Assembly: GCA_031414775.1 (NCBI GenBank) | Contig: JANOQI010000009.1 | Coordinates: forward strand, 1-50,856 | From: Synechococcales cyanobacterium VAR_4_metabat_354 | Lineage (GTDB): Bacteria > Cyanobacteriota > Cyanobacteriia > Cyanobacteriales > Chamaesiphonaceae | DNA length: 50,856 nucleotides | Reading direction: 5' to 3' | Shown here: one piece after another, positions 9,718 to 20,079 of the stretch | How the letters are laid out: each line of letters opens with the position of its first letter | How positions within the stretch are numbered: position 1 is the stretch's first letter | Made by a program: the position numbers and the translations under genes | Notes under the pieces: model-generated | What the model was told of the DNA's origin: nothing | The model's input: the letters and a program-made list of their open reading frames with translations, nothing else | Database searches by the model: none

Positions 9718-10044
9718 ATGTCGATATATGTTGGAAATTTGTCCTACGATGTTACTCAGGACGATCTGAAGCAAACCTTTGCTGAATACGGTACTGTTAG
9801 CCGCGTACAACTCCCTACCGACCGAGAAACTGGCCGGATGAGGGGCTTCGCTTTTGTAGAAATGTCTACAGAAGCTGAAGAGTCAGCGGCGATCGAAGCG
9901 CTAGATGGCGCAGAATGGATGGGCCGTGACCTAAAAGTCAACAAAGCCAGACCTCGTGAAGAAAGAGGCAGTGGTGGCGGCGGTGGTGGTTGGGGAGGAG
10001 GCGGCGGCGGCGGTGGCCGTCGTGGTGGTGGCGATCGCTACTAA
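9718..10044 (+). CDS. rbp: RRM RNA-binding protein with Gly-rich tail (cold-inducible type)
   Basis: RNP2 IYVGNL, RNP1 RGFAFVEM, poly-Gly C-terminus. Confidence 0.96.
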   Translation: MSIYVGNLSYDVTQDDLKQTFAEYGTVSRVQLPTDRETGRMRGFAFVEMSTEAEESAAIEALDGAEWMGRDLKVNKARPREERGSGGGGGGWGGGGGGGGRRGGGDRY

Positions 10045-10073
10045 TTCCTCCATATTTTATTAAGTTTGTTAGG

Positions 10074-10101
10074 GCAGAGTAACTAATTACTCTGCTTTTT
10101 T
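10074..10101 (+). terminator. Intrinsic terminator after rbp
   Basis: GCAGAGTAA-ctaa-TTACTCTGC then T6. Confidence 0.85.
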
Positions 10102-10116
10102 GCGGCTATTTTGAGG

Positions 10117-10572
10117 TTATCGATCGCCAATCAATCCGAAAGCCTGGGCACCCAAAACAGCATCAGGTTGAGCATAATACTTAAACTCCAGCAAGTTGTA
10201 GAAAGGATCTTCTAGAAAGAAGGCATAATGTTCAGTGACCTCGCCCGGAAACCGCTGCTGTGCGGGCTGACGGTAGACTAGCTGCTGTGCGGTGGCTCGT
10301 TGCTCTAGTTCTTGCCACATGTCCAGACGCGGAAAAACTATGCCAAAATGTCTAGGATAAATACCGCGCTGAGCTGTGAGCGGGATATCAGTAATATGCC
10401 CGACTAATTGATGGCCATACAAGCCTAAAATAATTGAATTTTTGGTTTCTCTGCCAAGAATACAGCCCAATCCTTGGACGTAAAAATCCTTCGCCTGTGA
10501 GATATTCGCAATGGGAAAGGCTAGATGGAATATTGGTCGATCACCTGTGGTGCAAGCAGAGTTATCAAACAT
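10117..10572 (-). CDS. VOC/glyoxalase family protein
   Basis: FHLAFP...FY...LGC..GRE, HFG, FFLEDPFYNLLEFK. Confidence 0.88.
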   Translation of the reverse strand: MFDNSACTTGDRPIFHLAFPIANISQAKDFYVQGLGCILGRETKNSIILGLYGHQLVGHITDIPLTAQRGIYPRHFGIVFPRLDMWQELEQRATAQQLVYRQPAQQRFPGEVTEHYAFFLEDPFYNLLEFKYYAQPDAVLGAQAFGLIGDR

Positions 10573-10590
10573 ATAGCAACGGTAACGATT

Positions 10591-11355
10591 ATGAGTAATT
10601 TAGCGAATTTAACCTCGCCTTGGTTGGTGGCGATCGGAGTAAATGCGATTTTATTGGGTGGAGCTTGGTTTTTACCAAAAAAGCTCCTGACCACCGCAGG
10701 ATTCTGGAACGCTGGGCTATTGGGAGTAATTATTTGGGGTGGTTTGGGCTGGCGGGCTTATGTGGTGATGGTGGCCTATTTCATCTTTGGTTCTGGGGTG
10801 ACGCAAATTGGGATGGCCGAGAAGGAAGCGGCGGGAATTGCTGAAAAGCGCTCTGGTGCCAGGGGGCCAGAAAATGTTTGGGGTTCGGCGCTGGTTGCTG
10901 CTTTGTGTGCAATGGCGGCTTATGGGATATCTTTGACTACTTTTTCTAGTACTTGGGTCGGTTTGTTTAATTTGGCTTATGTGGCTAGCATGGCTACCAA
11001 GTTATCGGATACTTGTGCGAGTGAAGTGGGCAAAGCCTATGGTAAAACGACTTATCTGATTACTACTTTGCGATCGGTGGCGCGGGGGACGGAGGGGGCA
11101 GTGAGTCTGGAGGGGACGCTGGCTGGGGTGGTTGGTAGTTTGTTGCTGGCGGGAATCGGCTGTGGATTAGGGCTGATTTCGTTGACTGGTTTGGGGATTT
11201 GTGCGATCGCGGCGGTGGTGGCGACTACTATAGAAAGTCTAATTGGTGCCACTGTTCAAGAAAAGTTTGATTGGTTAACGAATGAGTTGGTGAATGTGAT
11301 CAATACCTTGATTGGAGCAGTTTTTGCTTTATTAGTGGGTCTACTTATTTTGTAA
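10591..11355 (+). CDS. DUF92/TIGR00297 membrane protein (family of plant VTE6 phytyl-phosphate kinase)
   Basis: RGPENVWGS, KLSDTCASEVG, GTEGAVSLEGT, ES.IGA, NELVN; ATG 10591 preferred over 10525. Confidence 0.88.
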   Translation: MSNLANLTSPWLVAIGVNAILLGGAWFLPKKLLTTAGFWNAGLLGVIIWGGLGWRAYVVMVAYFIFGSGVTQIGMAEKEAAGIAEKRSGARGPENVWGSALVAALCAMAAYGISLTTFSSTWVGLFNLAYVASMATKLSDTCASEVGKAYGKTTYLITTLRSVARGTEGAVSLEGTLAGVVGSLLLAGIGCGLGLISLTGLGICAIAAVVATTIESLIGATVQEKFDWLTNELVNVINTLIGAVFALLVGLLIL

Positions 11356-11483
11356 CTATCGCAGTTCTACCTCACTATACAAGCCAGAATTGCTCTAGCT
11401 ATGGTGAAATAGTCAAGAAAACTCTCAGCACTAGAACTCATCAATGTCCGCATTGTGGATATGTTGCCGAGTGGCTTACCTAA
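11352..11483 (+). mobile_element. tnpB: IS605-family TnpB remnant (zinc-ribbon segment)
   Basis: Hand translation: VTIAVLPHYTSQNCSSYGEIVKKTLSTRTHQCPHCGYVAEWLT*. Typical TSQ.CS.CG and R.H.C..CG motifs, one Cys changed to Tyr, DRD.NA lost. Confidence 0.85.
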
Positions 11484-11498
11484 AAGTGATCGACAGAT

Positions 11499-14411
11499 TT
11501 ACTCGTAATCAGACATCGCTGGACAGCTACAAACTAGATTCCGATCGCCATAAGCTTGATCGATCCGTCCCACTGTTGGCCAGAACTTAGCATTCTTCAG
11601 ACCTGGCATTGGAAACACAGCTTGCTCGCGGCTGTATGCCCGATCCCAATTAGCATCCACCAAATCAGCTAAAGTGTGCGGCGCTTGCTTCAGGAGATTG
11701 TTGTCTCGATCGATCTCACCGGATTCGATCACCGCAATTTCTTGGCGAATGGCCAATAGAGCATCACAGAACCGATCCAGCTCCGCCAGCGATTCACTCT
11801 CGGTAGGTTCCACCATCACCGTCCCCGCTACTGGCCAAGACACAGTCGGTGGATGGAAACCATAATCAATCAGCCGCTTAGCAATGTCATCAACATCAAT
11901 GTTGGCGGTTTTTTTAAAGTCCCGCAGATCCAAAATGCATTCATGCGCCACCAAACCGCTCTTACCAGCGTAGAGCACTGGATACTTGCCCTCTAAACGC
12001 TGGGCAATATAATTAGCACTCAAGATTGCTACCTGGGTAGCCAGCTTCAAACCAGCGCCACCCATCATCACAATGTACATCCAAGAAATGGGCAGAATAC
12101 TGGTGCTGCCCCAAGGCGCAGCCGAAACAGCGCTAATTCCCTGATCCCCGCCGACTTTAATTAAGGGGTGAGAAGGCAGGTAGGGAGCCAAATGAGCAGC
12201 TACTCCGATCGGACCCATTCCTGGACCACCGCCGCCGTGGGGAATGCAAAAAGTTTTATGGAGATTGAGATGACAAACATCCGCACCAAAATCGCCGGGG
12301 CGACACAGACCCACTTGGGCATTCATGTTGGCACCATCCATATAAACCTGGCCACCGTGGCTGTGAATGATCTGGCAAATTTCGACGATCGCGGTCTCAA
12401 ATACACCGTGGGTGGAGGGGTAAGTCACCATGAGAGCTGCCAGTTGGTCTTGATGCTGGGTGGCCTTAGCTTGTAAATCTGCTACATCGATATTGCCTTG
12501 GTCATCACATTGCACAGCCACCACTTGCATTCCAGCCATCACCGCACTAGCCGGATTGGTGCCATGAGCAGATTGGGGAATCAGACAGACATTCCGGTGA
12601 CTATCACCCCGTTGGCGGTGATATTCGCGAATTACCAGCAGTCCGGCATATTCGCCTTGGGAGCCAGCGTTGGGCTGCAACGAAATCGCCGCAAAGCCGG
12701 TGATTTCGGCTAGCCATTCTTCCAGATCGCTACAGAGGCTTTGATAGCCCTTGGTTTGAGCGAGGGGTGCAAAAGGATGAATTTGGCCAAATTCTGGCCA
12801 GGTCACTGGAATCATCTCAGCGGTGGCATTCAGTTTCATCGTGCAAGAACCCAAGGGAATCATCGCTTGCGCCAGTGATAGATCCTTGGCTTGCAAACGG
12901 GTCATGTAGCGCAGTAGCTCTGTTTCGGAATGATAGTTATTGAAAACGGGGTGGGTGAGGTAATCAGTCGTCCGGACTAGATCTGGATGGGGTTGAGCTG
13001 GGATTTCCAAGACATCAGTAATTTCGGTAAAGGTGAAACCGACCTCGCCAGCCAAAACTGTCCACAGATCGATGATGTCTTGCTTGGTGGTGGTTTCATC
13101 TAAGGAAATACCCACGGTTTGGGGGTCAATTTGATGCAGATTCATCTGATTGGCCAGCGCTCTTTGCTGAACGGCGTTGGCATCGGGAACTACTACGGTC
13201 AGGGTATCAAAGAAGTGGGCGTTTTTCACTTTCAATCCCAATTTCTGGCAACCTGCCGCCAAAATTTGAGTCAAACTATGCACGCGGTAGGCGATCGATC
13301 TTAAACCAGCTGGGCCGTGATAAACGGCATACATGCTGGCCATAATTGCCAGTAGCACCTGGGCGGTACAGATATTGCTGGTGGCTTTGTCCCGGCGAAT
13401 ATGTTGTTCGCGGGTTTGCAGCGCCAGCCTTAGAGCGACTTGACCGCGTTTATCTTTAGAGACCCCCACCAGCCGACCAGGTAGCTGGCGCTTATAAGCA
13501 TCAGTGGTGGCAAAGTAGGCGGCGTGCGGCCCGCCGTAGCCCATCGGCACCCCAAATCTTTGGGTGCTGCCCACTACAATATTGGCTCCCAGGTCGCCGG
13601 GAGATTCTAAGAGGGTCAAACTCAGCAAGTCAGCAGCTATGGTTACAATCACGTCTTGGGCTTTCGCCTGAGTGATAGTCGATCGATAGTCATGCACCGC
13701 GCCATCCCCGGCCGGATATTGCAGCAACATCCCAAAATAGCCTTGGCTCCAGTCAATTTGTTGCCAATCGCCGACGATAATTTCAATTCCTAATGGTTGG
13801 GCACGGGTTTGCAAAATTTCGATCGTTTGGGGAAAACAGCTCGCTGATACCCAGAAGCGGTTTAAATCTTTCTTGGTCTGGATGCCATAGCTCATGGTCA
13901 TCGCTTCCGCCGCAGCGGTACCTTCATCCAACAGCGAGGCATTGGCGATCGCCATCCCGGTCAAATCCATAATCATGGTTTGAAAATTGAGCAGGGCTTC
14001 TAGGCGACCCTGGGAAATCTCTGGTTGGTAGGGAGTATATTGGGTGTACCAACCGGGATTTTCTAAAATATTGCGTTGAATAGCTGCCGGGGTGATGCAG
14101 TTGTAGTAGCCCAGGCCAATAAAAGAGCGAAAAATCTGATTGTGGCTAGCGATTTCCTTCAGCTTGCTCAAGGCCAACTGTTCGGAGATGCCGGGACCTA
14201 TCGCCAAGGGATTTTGTAATTGAATATCCGCCGGTACCGCCTGAGCCGTTAACTCATCTAAGCTGCCATAACCCATTACCGCCAACATTTTTTGGATATC
14301 AGCAGCTTGCGGGCCAATATGTCTACCAATAAATTCTGCTCCAGTTTGCCAAGAACTCTGCGAAGTGGGGTGGGAAGTCTGGGCGGGAATTTTGGGTAAA
14401 GACTGCGTCAT
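11499..14411 (-). CDS. gcvP: Glycine dehydrogenase (glycine cleavage P protein)
   Basis: [44 protein letters not shown] lysine; ATG 14411 preferred over 14489. Confidence 0.97.
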   Translation of the reverse strand: MTQSLPKIPAQTSHPTSQSSWQTGAEFIGRHIGPQAADIQKMLAVMGYGSLDELTAQAVPADIQLQNPLAIGPGISEQLALSKLKEIASHNQIFRSFIGLGYYNCITPAAIQRNILENPGWYTQYTPYQPEISQGRLEALLNFQTMIMDLTGMAIANASLLDEGTAAAEAMTMSYGIQTKKDLNRFWVSASCFPQTIEILQTRAQPLGIEIIVGDWQQIDWSQGYFGMLLQYPAGDGAVHDYRSTITQAKAQDVIVTIAADLLSLTLLESPGDLGANIVVGSTQRFGVPMGYGGPHAAYFATTDAYKRQLPGRLVGVSKDKRGQVALRLALQTREQHIRRDKATSNICTAQVLLAIMASMYAVYHGPAGLRSIAYRVHSLTQILAAGCQKLGLKVKNAHFFDTLTVVVPDANAVQQRALANQMNLHQIDPQTVGISLDETTTKQDIIDLWTVLAGEVGFTFTEITDVLEIPAQPHPDLVRTTDYLTHPVFNNYHSETELLRYMTRLQAKDLSLAQAMIPLGSCTMKLNATAEMIPVTWPEFGQIHPFAPLAQTKGYQSLCSDLEEWLAEITGFAAISLQPNAGSQGEYAGLLVIREYHRQRGDSHRNVCLIPQSAHGTNPASAVMAGMQVVAVQCDDQGNIDVADLQAKATQHQDQLAALMVTYPSTHGVFETAIVEICQIIHSHGGQVYMDGANMNAQVGLCRPGDFGADVCHLNLHKTFCIPHGGGGPGMGPIGVAAHLAPYLPSHPLIKVGGDQGISAVSAAPWGSTSILPISWMYIVMMGGAGLKLATQVAILSANYIAQRLEGKYPVLYAGKSGLVAHECILDLRDFKKTANIDVDDIAKRLIDYGFHPPTVSWPVAGTVMVEPTESESLAELDRFCDALLAIRQEIAVIESGEIDRDNNLLKQAPHTLADLVDANWDRAYSREQAVFPMPGLKNAKFWPTVGRIDQAYGDRNLVCSCPAMSDYE

Positions 14412-14485
14412 AAAGCTTTGGAAAATGCTGGTTATTCTTAATAGGTTAATATCAAATGTCAAAAAATACCGTGTTTTTGGCAACT

Positions 14486-15181
14486 TCAAAGTAAATAGTT
14501 AAGGCCAAAAGCTAGCAGCGCCGTGCCGATCGGCAGGGTCAAATTATCAACACCCCACTGAGAAATTGACTCTAAACCAACAGCTGCGATCGATACCGGT
14601 ATTCCTATCAACCAAGTGCTGGGTAAGCTACCCTGTATGGCATATAAAGTCACCGTAGTAATTAGATAACTGACTAATACTAAAACTGCTGTACCTTCAA
14701 CACTTTTTTGGTTGCCCCATACATGGTAAGGATGTTTGCCAAATTGTTGGCCCACGATTGCGGCTAATCCATCTCCCCAAGCCATAATTAAAATGCCAAT
14801 CACGGCATATTCTGGGCGCTGCATTGGCCAAAAGATCGCGGTCAATAGACCAATACTCACTGCATAAAAGAATGTGCCCAGACTTTTGCGACCCACGCTG
14901 TTCACCCCCGGCAGAATGGGTAGCTGATAGGAAATCAAAGCAGCCACACTCGCTAGCACTGCCGAAATAATTCCCACCCAAGTGGGTAGCTGAAGTAGCC
15001 AAGCAATCAAAATAATATTGCCAGTGCCGATGTGGACAATTTTTCTAGTCGGTTCCGGGGGCAGCCAACATTTTCTGTGACTGAGTTCTGCCGTGAAAAG
15101 GATGATGCTCACATAAATAGGGACGATGACGATGCGTTCCCAGATCGAGATATTGGTCAACCAATCGGTAGAAGATAACAC
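14486..15181 (-). CDS. Polyprenol/phytol kinase family (VTE5/dolichol kinase-like)
   Basis: [39 protein letters not shown]. Confidence 0.85.
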   Translation of the reverse strand: MLSSTDWLTNISIWERIVIVPIYVSIILFTAELSHRKCWLPPEPTRKIVHIGTGNIILIAWLLQLPTWVGIISAVLASVAALISYQLPILPGVNSVGRKSLGTFFYAVSIGLLTAIFWPMQRPEYAVIGILIMAWGDGLAAIVGQQFGKHPYHVWGNQKSVEGTAVLVLVSYLITTVTLYAIQGSLPSTWLIGIPVSIAAVGLESISQWGVDNLTLPIGTALLAFGLNYLL

Positions 15182-15236
15182 TAAGCAAGTTTCGCTAGAC
15201 TGGATATTTAAATCTAAAACGATTTGGCCTATTTTT

Positions 15237-15452
15237 GTGAAAAAATCACTAATTAGCGTAGTGCGCGGCTATCAAATTTTTGCTTCGCCCTATTTAGCAC
15301 CAGCTTGTCGATATCAGCCGACCTGTTCCAATTACGCGATCGAAGCCCTTGATCGTTTTGGTCCAGTTACCGGTGGCTGGTTAGCGATCAAGCGAATCTG
15401 TCGCTGCCATCCTGGCTACCCCGGAGGCTACGACCCGGTGCCTCCTGAGTAA
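15237..15452 (+). CDS. yidD: Membrane protein insertion efficiency factor
   Basis: [18 protein letters not shown]...GGYDPVP; GTG 15237 is the plausible start. Confidence 0.92.
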   Translation: MKKSLISVVRGYQIFASPYLAPACRYQPTCSNYAIEALDRFGPVTGGWLAIKRICRCHPGYPGGYDPVPPE

Positions 15453-15532
15453 TCATCAACAGTGACCGCAAATTTTGTCAAGACTAGGTATTTTCTGGGA
15501 ATTCTAGAGAAATATATCTGTAGTCTTAAAAA

Positions 15533-15973
15533 ATGAAAAAGATTTTTGGGGTAGCAGCACTACTCGTTTCCATTGGTATTCATTTGCCAGCCCAGGCACA
15601 ATCAGTATTTGCACCTACCATTACCTTCGATAGTGGCAACACCATTTGGGGGATCGAAAACCGGACTTCTTTATCCGATCGCCTGTCATTGCGGTCTTTT
15701 GTGAGTTTTGCCAATAGCTCGCCTACTGCTAGTACCAAATACAGCACATCACTCAATTACAATTTCGACTTAGGGGACGAAGAAAAAAAGTTCAGTCCTT
15801 TTCTAGGTATTGGATATACCACCTCATCTGGCAATAATAATAGTGCTACTGGCTTTGCTCAAGCCGGAGTTGATCTGTATTTTGAAACCCTGTTGCTAAC
15901 TGGGTTAGTAGCTATGCCTTTTAACGGTGGCTCTAGCCTGACTACTTCCTTTGGTCTGGGCTTTAAATTTTAG
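15533..15973 (+). CDS. Exported protein, probable small outer-membrane beta-barrel
   Basis: Signal peptide ending AQA; amphipathic strands (SPFLGIGY, AQAGVDLYF); C-terminal FGLGFKF Bam-type signature. Confidence 0.7.
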   Translation: MKKIFGVAALLVSIGIHLPAQAQSVFAPTITFDSGNTIWGIENRTSLSDRLSLRSFVSFANSSPTASTKYSTSLNYNFDLGDEEKKFSPFLGIGYTTSSGNNNSATGFAQAGVDLYFETLLLTGLVAMPFNGGSSLTTSFGLGFKF

Positions 15974-15989
15974 TTAGTGAAAGAGTATC

Positions 15990-16031
15990 ATGACAATTAA
16001 AGCCCTAGAAGCTGAGGGCTTTAATTATCAT
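15990..16031. terminator. Bidirectional terminator between convergent genes
   Basis: ATGACAATTAAAGCCCT-N8-AGGGCTTTAATTATCAT. Confidence 0.75.
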
Positions 16032-16070
16032 AATTAAGCGATTTTAATTAACCAGAATTAGCTGGGTAAG

Positions 16071-17297
16071 CTAGTTATTTTTAACTAAATCAAGATGCTC
16101 GTTATTGATATATTTATCTAGAACAGTAAATATTTTTTGATGACTAAAAGGTTTAGAGATATATTCATTAGGATGGGATGTTCTATCTATCGTCCAACTC
16201 ATTTTTGCTCGATCGCTACTAAGAAAAATTATTGGTGTATTTCGGAATTTAGCTGTGCGCCGTAGTTGAGAGCAAAGACTGTGAGAATTGATACTACTAG
16301 CGATATTGTCAACTAAAATGAGTGCTGGCTGATATTTTAGCAAAGTCAAGAAAACTTGAGAAGCTTCTTGCAGGTTAATATAGCCATGACCAGCATTCTC
16401 GACAATTGTTTGAATTGTTTGAACTTCTAATTCATTGTTGCTGAGATGAGCAACCAAAATATCATTTTCTAGTGATTTCAGATCTCCAAATATAGAAGAC
16501 TCTTTTTTAGTATTGATCGCAGTTACTAATTTATTAGTGGTGATATCAATATCAGACATGAGCCGTAAAGAGACGATCTGTAAATCTTGATATCTAAGGA
16601 TTGTTTTCATGATTGGTTCAACGTCTTCACCAATTTTGACTGCGATATCTCTGATGGTATGCTCATTGTTTAGTAAATAAGCAATTTTTTCGTAAGTTTT
16701 TACTGGTAAAAATTGCTGTAGTTTTAGATAACTATCAACATAAGGTGTTAGATGAGGCGAATATTTAATGAATTTGTGATCACACCATGTCCGAAAGATT
16801 AATATCGCTTTTTGTAAGATCACCTGAGGCTGAATAAGTACTTCTGGCAATAGGAAATCTTCATTTTGGCTGGCTTGTAAAATATAAACAGGTAGAGATT
16901 TTTTTTGAATTATCGCTTTGTCTTCAATTTGCAGAATATCAAAAAATACTTCTAATAAACTACCCACAATCATTTGTTCAGCCTGCTCTCGATCGATATA
17001 GTTAGCTGTCAACAGTTTCTTAATTGCCAAATAGTTGGGTTCTTGCAGCTCCTGCTCACTGAAAAAAGAATCATCACTGGAGTCTGGTAAATCAACTTGC
17101 TGTTGGGAAAGCTGTCGTCGTAAGCGGCGAATTGGATGAATCCCCGCATTATCTCCTACTAAACGACCGCGATAAAAATAGATATTCCAAGAATTACCCT
17201 CGAAATCATTGATATTGTTGCCATCAAAACTGGTCACACAGAGTTTGCCTGTGAATCTTTTTTCGTTACAGAAATTGATTTGTTGTAAAAGGGTCAT
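16071..17297 (-). CDS. PatA-family response regulator (PATAN + REC)
   Basis: FTGKL...W.IYFYRGRL...HPIRR N-terminal domain; REC with LILVD, PIIFLS, YISKPF; AT-rich. Confidence 0.82.
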   Translation of the reverse strand: MTLLQQINFCNEKRFTGKLCVTSFDGNNINDFEGNSWNIYFYRGRLVGDNAGIHPIRRLRRQLSQQQVDLPDSSDDSFFSEQELQEPNYLAIKKLLTANYIDREQAEQMIVGSLLEVFFDILQIEDKAIIQKKSLPVYILQASQNEDFLLPEVLIQPQVILQKAILIFRTWCDHKFIKYSPHLTPYVDSYLKLQQFLPVKTYEKIAYLLNNEHTIRDIAVKIGEDVEPIMKTILRYQDLQIVSLRLMSDIDITTNKLVTAINTKKESSIFGDLKSLENDILVAHLSNNELEVQTIQTIVENAGHGYINLQEASQVFLTLLKYQPALILVDNIASSINSHSLCSQLRRTAKFRNTPIIFLSSDRAKMSWTIDRTSHPNEYISKPFSHQKIFTVLDKYINNEHLDLVKNN

Positions 17298-17464
17298 GGT
17301 AAAGGTGAGATGGGATGCTAACGCTGATAAGTTTGGTGCCAGCTAAAATTTAGACTTGTAAAGTCAACCTGATGTATTTGATCACCGCTGCGCCCCCTCG
17401 ACTAAGGTTTGCAGTAGCAGTCTGGTTTTTACCCATTTTTAACATTGTCAGCAGTCACTCAACA

Positions 17465-17502
17465 TCAGGGAAACCACGGAAGCCTCAGGGGAAATACGGA
17501 AG
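17465..17502. promoter_or_regulatory. Tandem 18-bp direct repeat (candidate operator)
   Basis: TCAGGGAAACCACGGAAG / TCAGGGGAAATACGGAAG, 15/18 identical, period 20. Confidence 0.5.
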
Positions 17503-17617
17503 TGAGCACAATCGATCGAAATTCAACTAAATTTGTTTGGTTATTTGGAATGGCTAAATGTGTTGAGCGGGAACAGCCAGACTACAATAGGGGAGTCAAA
17601 ATTCATAGATATGTTGC

Positions 17618-20077
17618 ATGTTTAACCCCCCACCTCGGCCAGTGATTCCTACTCAGAGCTGGAGTCGGCCACTGCATCAGGGCTGGGATCATCCCTACAC
17701 GGTACGGTATGCCAGCAATATTGACGATGGACCATTTCATGGAATGCCGCTGGGGGGATTTGGGGCAGGTTGCCTGGGTCGGTCTCACCAGGGTGAATTT
17801 AATCTTTGGCACTTAGATGGTGGGGAGCATACCTTTGGTCAGTTGCCAGCTTGTCAGTTTAGTGTTTTTGAACAAATAGGCGATCGATCGATCGCCTATG
17901 CCATGTCTACAGTACCGCCGACTGATGGCAGTTTGAGTCGGTGGCAATGGTATCCCGGCACTGTTAATGGTGAATCTACTGGTGTTTATCAGGCATTGTA
18001 TCCGCGTAGCTGGTATAGCTATACCGGAGTCTTTGCTGCCGATTTGACCTGTGAACAGCTGTCGCCAGTGTGGGCACACAGTTATCAAGAAAGCTCTTAT
18101 CCAGTAGCTGTTTTTGAATGGACAGCGCATAATCCCACCGATCAGCCAATTACCCTCAGTATTATGTTGACCTGGCAAAATATTGCCGGTTGGTTCACTA
18201 ATACCGTGGCCACTGACGAGATTCGGGTGCGCGATGATGGTAGCCCGGTCTATGATTACCAGTCACGGTGGGGTGATAGTACTGGCAATAATAGTATGTG
18301 GATTGCCGATAATTTTCGGGTGGGCTGTCTGCTCGACAGGGTGCGCTCAGATAATGATAAGCAACCCCGCGAAGGGGATGGCCAATGGGCGATCGCCACG
18401 GTTACTAATCCGGCGCTGGAAGTATTTTATGATACCCGCTGGCAGCCGACGGGGGATGGTAGCGATATTTGGGATATTTTTGCAGCCAATGGTTCTTTGA
18501 GCGACAGGTCCGATGAAACGGTGGCCGCACCAGGTGAGCAAATTGCCGCAGCGCTAACGGTGCGCTTTACCCTGAAGCCGGGACAAACCAAAAAAATTCC
18601 TTTTATTCTGGCCTGGGACTTGCCGGTGACGGAATTTGCCAAGGGGATTAATTACTATCGACGCTACACCGATTTCTTTGGTCGCAACGGTAAAAATGTT
18701 TGGTCGATCGTCCGCGATGCCTTGAAGCATTACGATAGCTGGCAAGCTGAAATTGTGCAGTGGCAGCAGCCAATTCTAGACCGGGTCGATTTACCAGATT
18801 GGCTAAAAATGGCCATGTTCAATGAATTGTATCTGATGACTGATGGTGGGACGTTGTGGACTGCTGCGGATGAAGATAATCCGGTTGGTCACTTCGGGAT
18901 TTTGGAATGTTTGGATTACCGCTGGTATGAAAGCCTGGATGTGCGCCTCTATGGCGGCTTTGCGCCGCTGTTGCTGTGGCCAAAACTAGAAAAAGCTATC
19001 TTATTAGACTTTGCCCGGGCGATACCAACTAGTGACGATCGATTGCGCTTAATTGGCTACTACGTCCAGACGGCCTTTGGCTACGCCGATCGACCAATTG
19101 TCACTGACCCCCAAGAAATGTCGGCACCACGCAAAGTAGCCAACGCCACTCCCCACGACTTGGGTGCTCCCAACGAACATCCCTGGCTGAAAACCAATTA
19201 CACCTGCTACCAAGATTGCAATCTCTGGAAAGACTTGGGCAGTGATTTTGTGTTGCAAGTCTATCGCGCCTATGTGTTTACGGGCAAAGAAGACGTGGAG
19301 TTTTTGGCGGAATGCTGGCCAGCCGTCGTCGCCGCCTTGGAATATCTCAAGCAATTTGACTTGGACGGCGATAGCATCCCGGAAAACAGTGGTGCCCCCG
19401 ATCAGACCTTTGATGACTGGCGGTTACAAGGTATTAGCGCCTACTGTGGTGGGTTGTGGCTGGCAGCTCTAGAGGCGGGCATCGCCATCGGAAAAGTGTT
19501 GATTGATATTCCTGATTTAACTCCAGTCCCTAGCGCGACCATTGATATTTATGAGACCTGGCACGCTGCCGCCCAGCCCTTATATCAAAAATCTTTATGG
19601 AATGGCAGTTACTACCGTATTGATACGGGCAGTGGCTCCAATGTGGTGATGGCCGATCAACTCTGTGGTCAGTTTTACGCCCGACTTTTAGGACTACCAG
19701 ATATTGTGCCGATCGACTGCGCCCAAACGGCTCTCCAAACCATCTATCAAGCTTGTTTTTTGAAGTTTAATAATGGCCAACTGGGAGCTGCCAATGGCGT
19801 AAAACCCGATGGCTCAGCGGTCAATTCCCAAGATACCCATCCGCTAGAGGTCTGGATTGGCATTAACTTTGGCCTCGCCGCCTTTTTGATTCAAATGGGG
19901 ATGAAGGAAGAGGGCTTGAAGTTAACTGCCACAGTAGTTGATCAGGTGTATTCTAACGGTCTTCAGTTTCGTACCCCGGAAGCGATTACTGCCAACAATA
20001 CCTTTCGAGCCAGTCATTATCTGCGTGCCATGGCAATTTGGGGCGTGTACTTAATGCTGGATTCCTCCCACCAATAA
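17618..20077 (+). CDS. GH116 beta-glucosidase (non-lysosomal glucosylceramidase-like)
   Basis: GMPLGGFGAG, ILECLDY..YESLDV, PHDLG.P, WKDL, PDQTFD, EVW.GIN, FRTPEA, YLRAMAIW. Confidence 0.92.
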   Translation: MFNPPPRPVIPTQSWSRPLHQGWDHPYTVRYASNIDDGPFHGMPLGGFGAGCLGRSHQGEFNLWHLDGGEHTFGQLPACQFSVFEQIGDRSIAYAMSTVPPTDGSLSRWQWYPGTVNGESTGVYQALYPRSWYSYTGVFAADLTCEQLSPVWAHSYQESSYPVAVFEWTAHNPTDQPITLSIMLTWQNIAGWFTNTVATDEIRVRDDGSPVYDYQSRWGDSTGNNSMWIADNFRVGCLLDRVRSDNDKQPREGDGQWAIATVTNPALEVFYDTRWQPTGDGSDIWDIFAANGSLSDRSDETVAAPGEQIAAALTVRFTLKPGQTKKIPFILAWDLPVTEFAKGINYYRRYTDFFGRNGKNVWSIVRDALKHYDSWQAEIVQWQQPILDRVDLPDWLKMAMFNELYLMTDGGTLWTAADEDNPVGHFGILECLDYRWYESLDVRLYGGFAPLLLWPKLEKAILLDFARAIPTSDDRLRLIGYYVQTAFGYADRPIVTDPQEMSAPRKVANATPHDLGAPNEHPWLKTNYTCYQDCNLWKDLGSDFVLQVYRAYVFTGKEDVEFLAECWPAVVAALEYLKQFDLDGDSIPENSGAPDQTFDDWRLQGISAYCGGLWLAALEAGIAIGKVLIDIPDLTPVPSATIDIYETWHAAAQPLYQKSLWNGSYYRIDTGSGSNVVMADQLCGQFYARLLGLPDIVPIDCAQTALQTIYQACFLKFNNGQLGAANGVKPDGSAVNSQDTHPLEVWIGINFGLAAFLIQMGMKEEGLKLTATVVDQVYSNGLQFRTPEAITANNTFRASHYLRAMAIWGVYLMLDSSHQ

Positions 20078-20079
20078 AT

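Noticed and set aside
9970..10032. GGC/GGT repeats
   Set aside because: Coding for the Rbp Gly tail
14412..14489. N-terminal extension of GcvP and a glycine riboswitch
   Set aside because: Extension is not GcvP-like; the spacer is too short and AT-rich for the riboswitch
15126..15236. Long N-terminus of YidD
   Set aside because: Overlaps the divergent kinase; homology starts at GTG 15237
17380..17520. c-di-GMP riboswitch or CRISPR mini-array
   Set aside because: Riboswitch core motifs not found; only two repeats with a 2-bp gap, so no spacers
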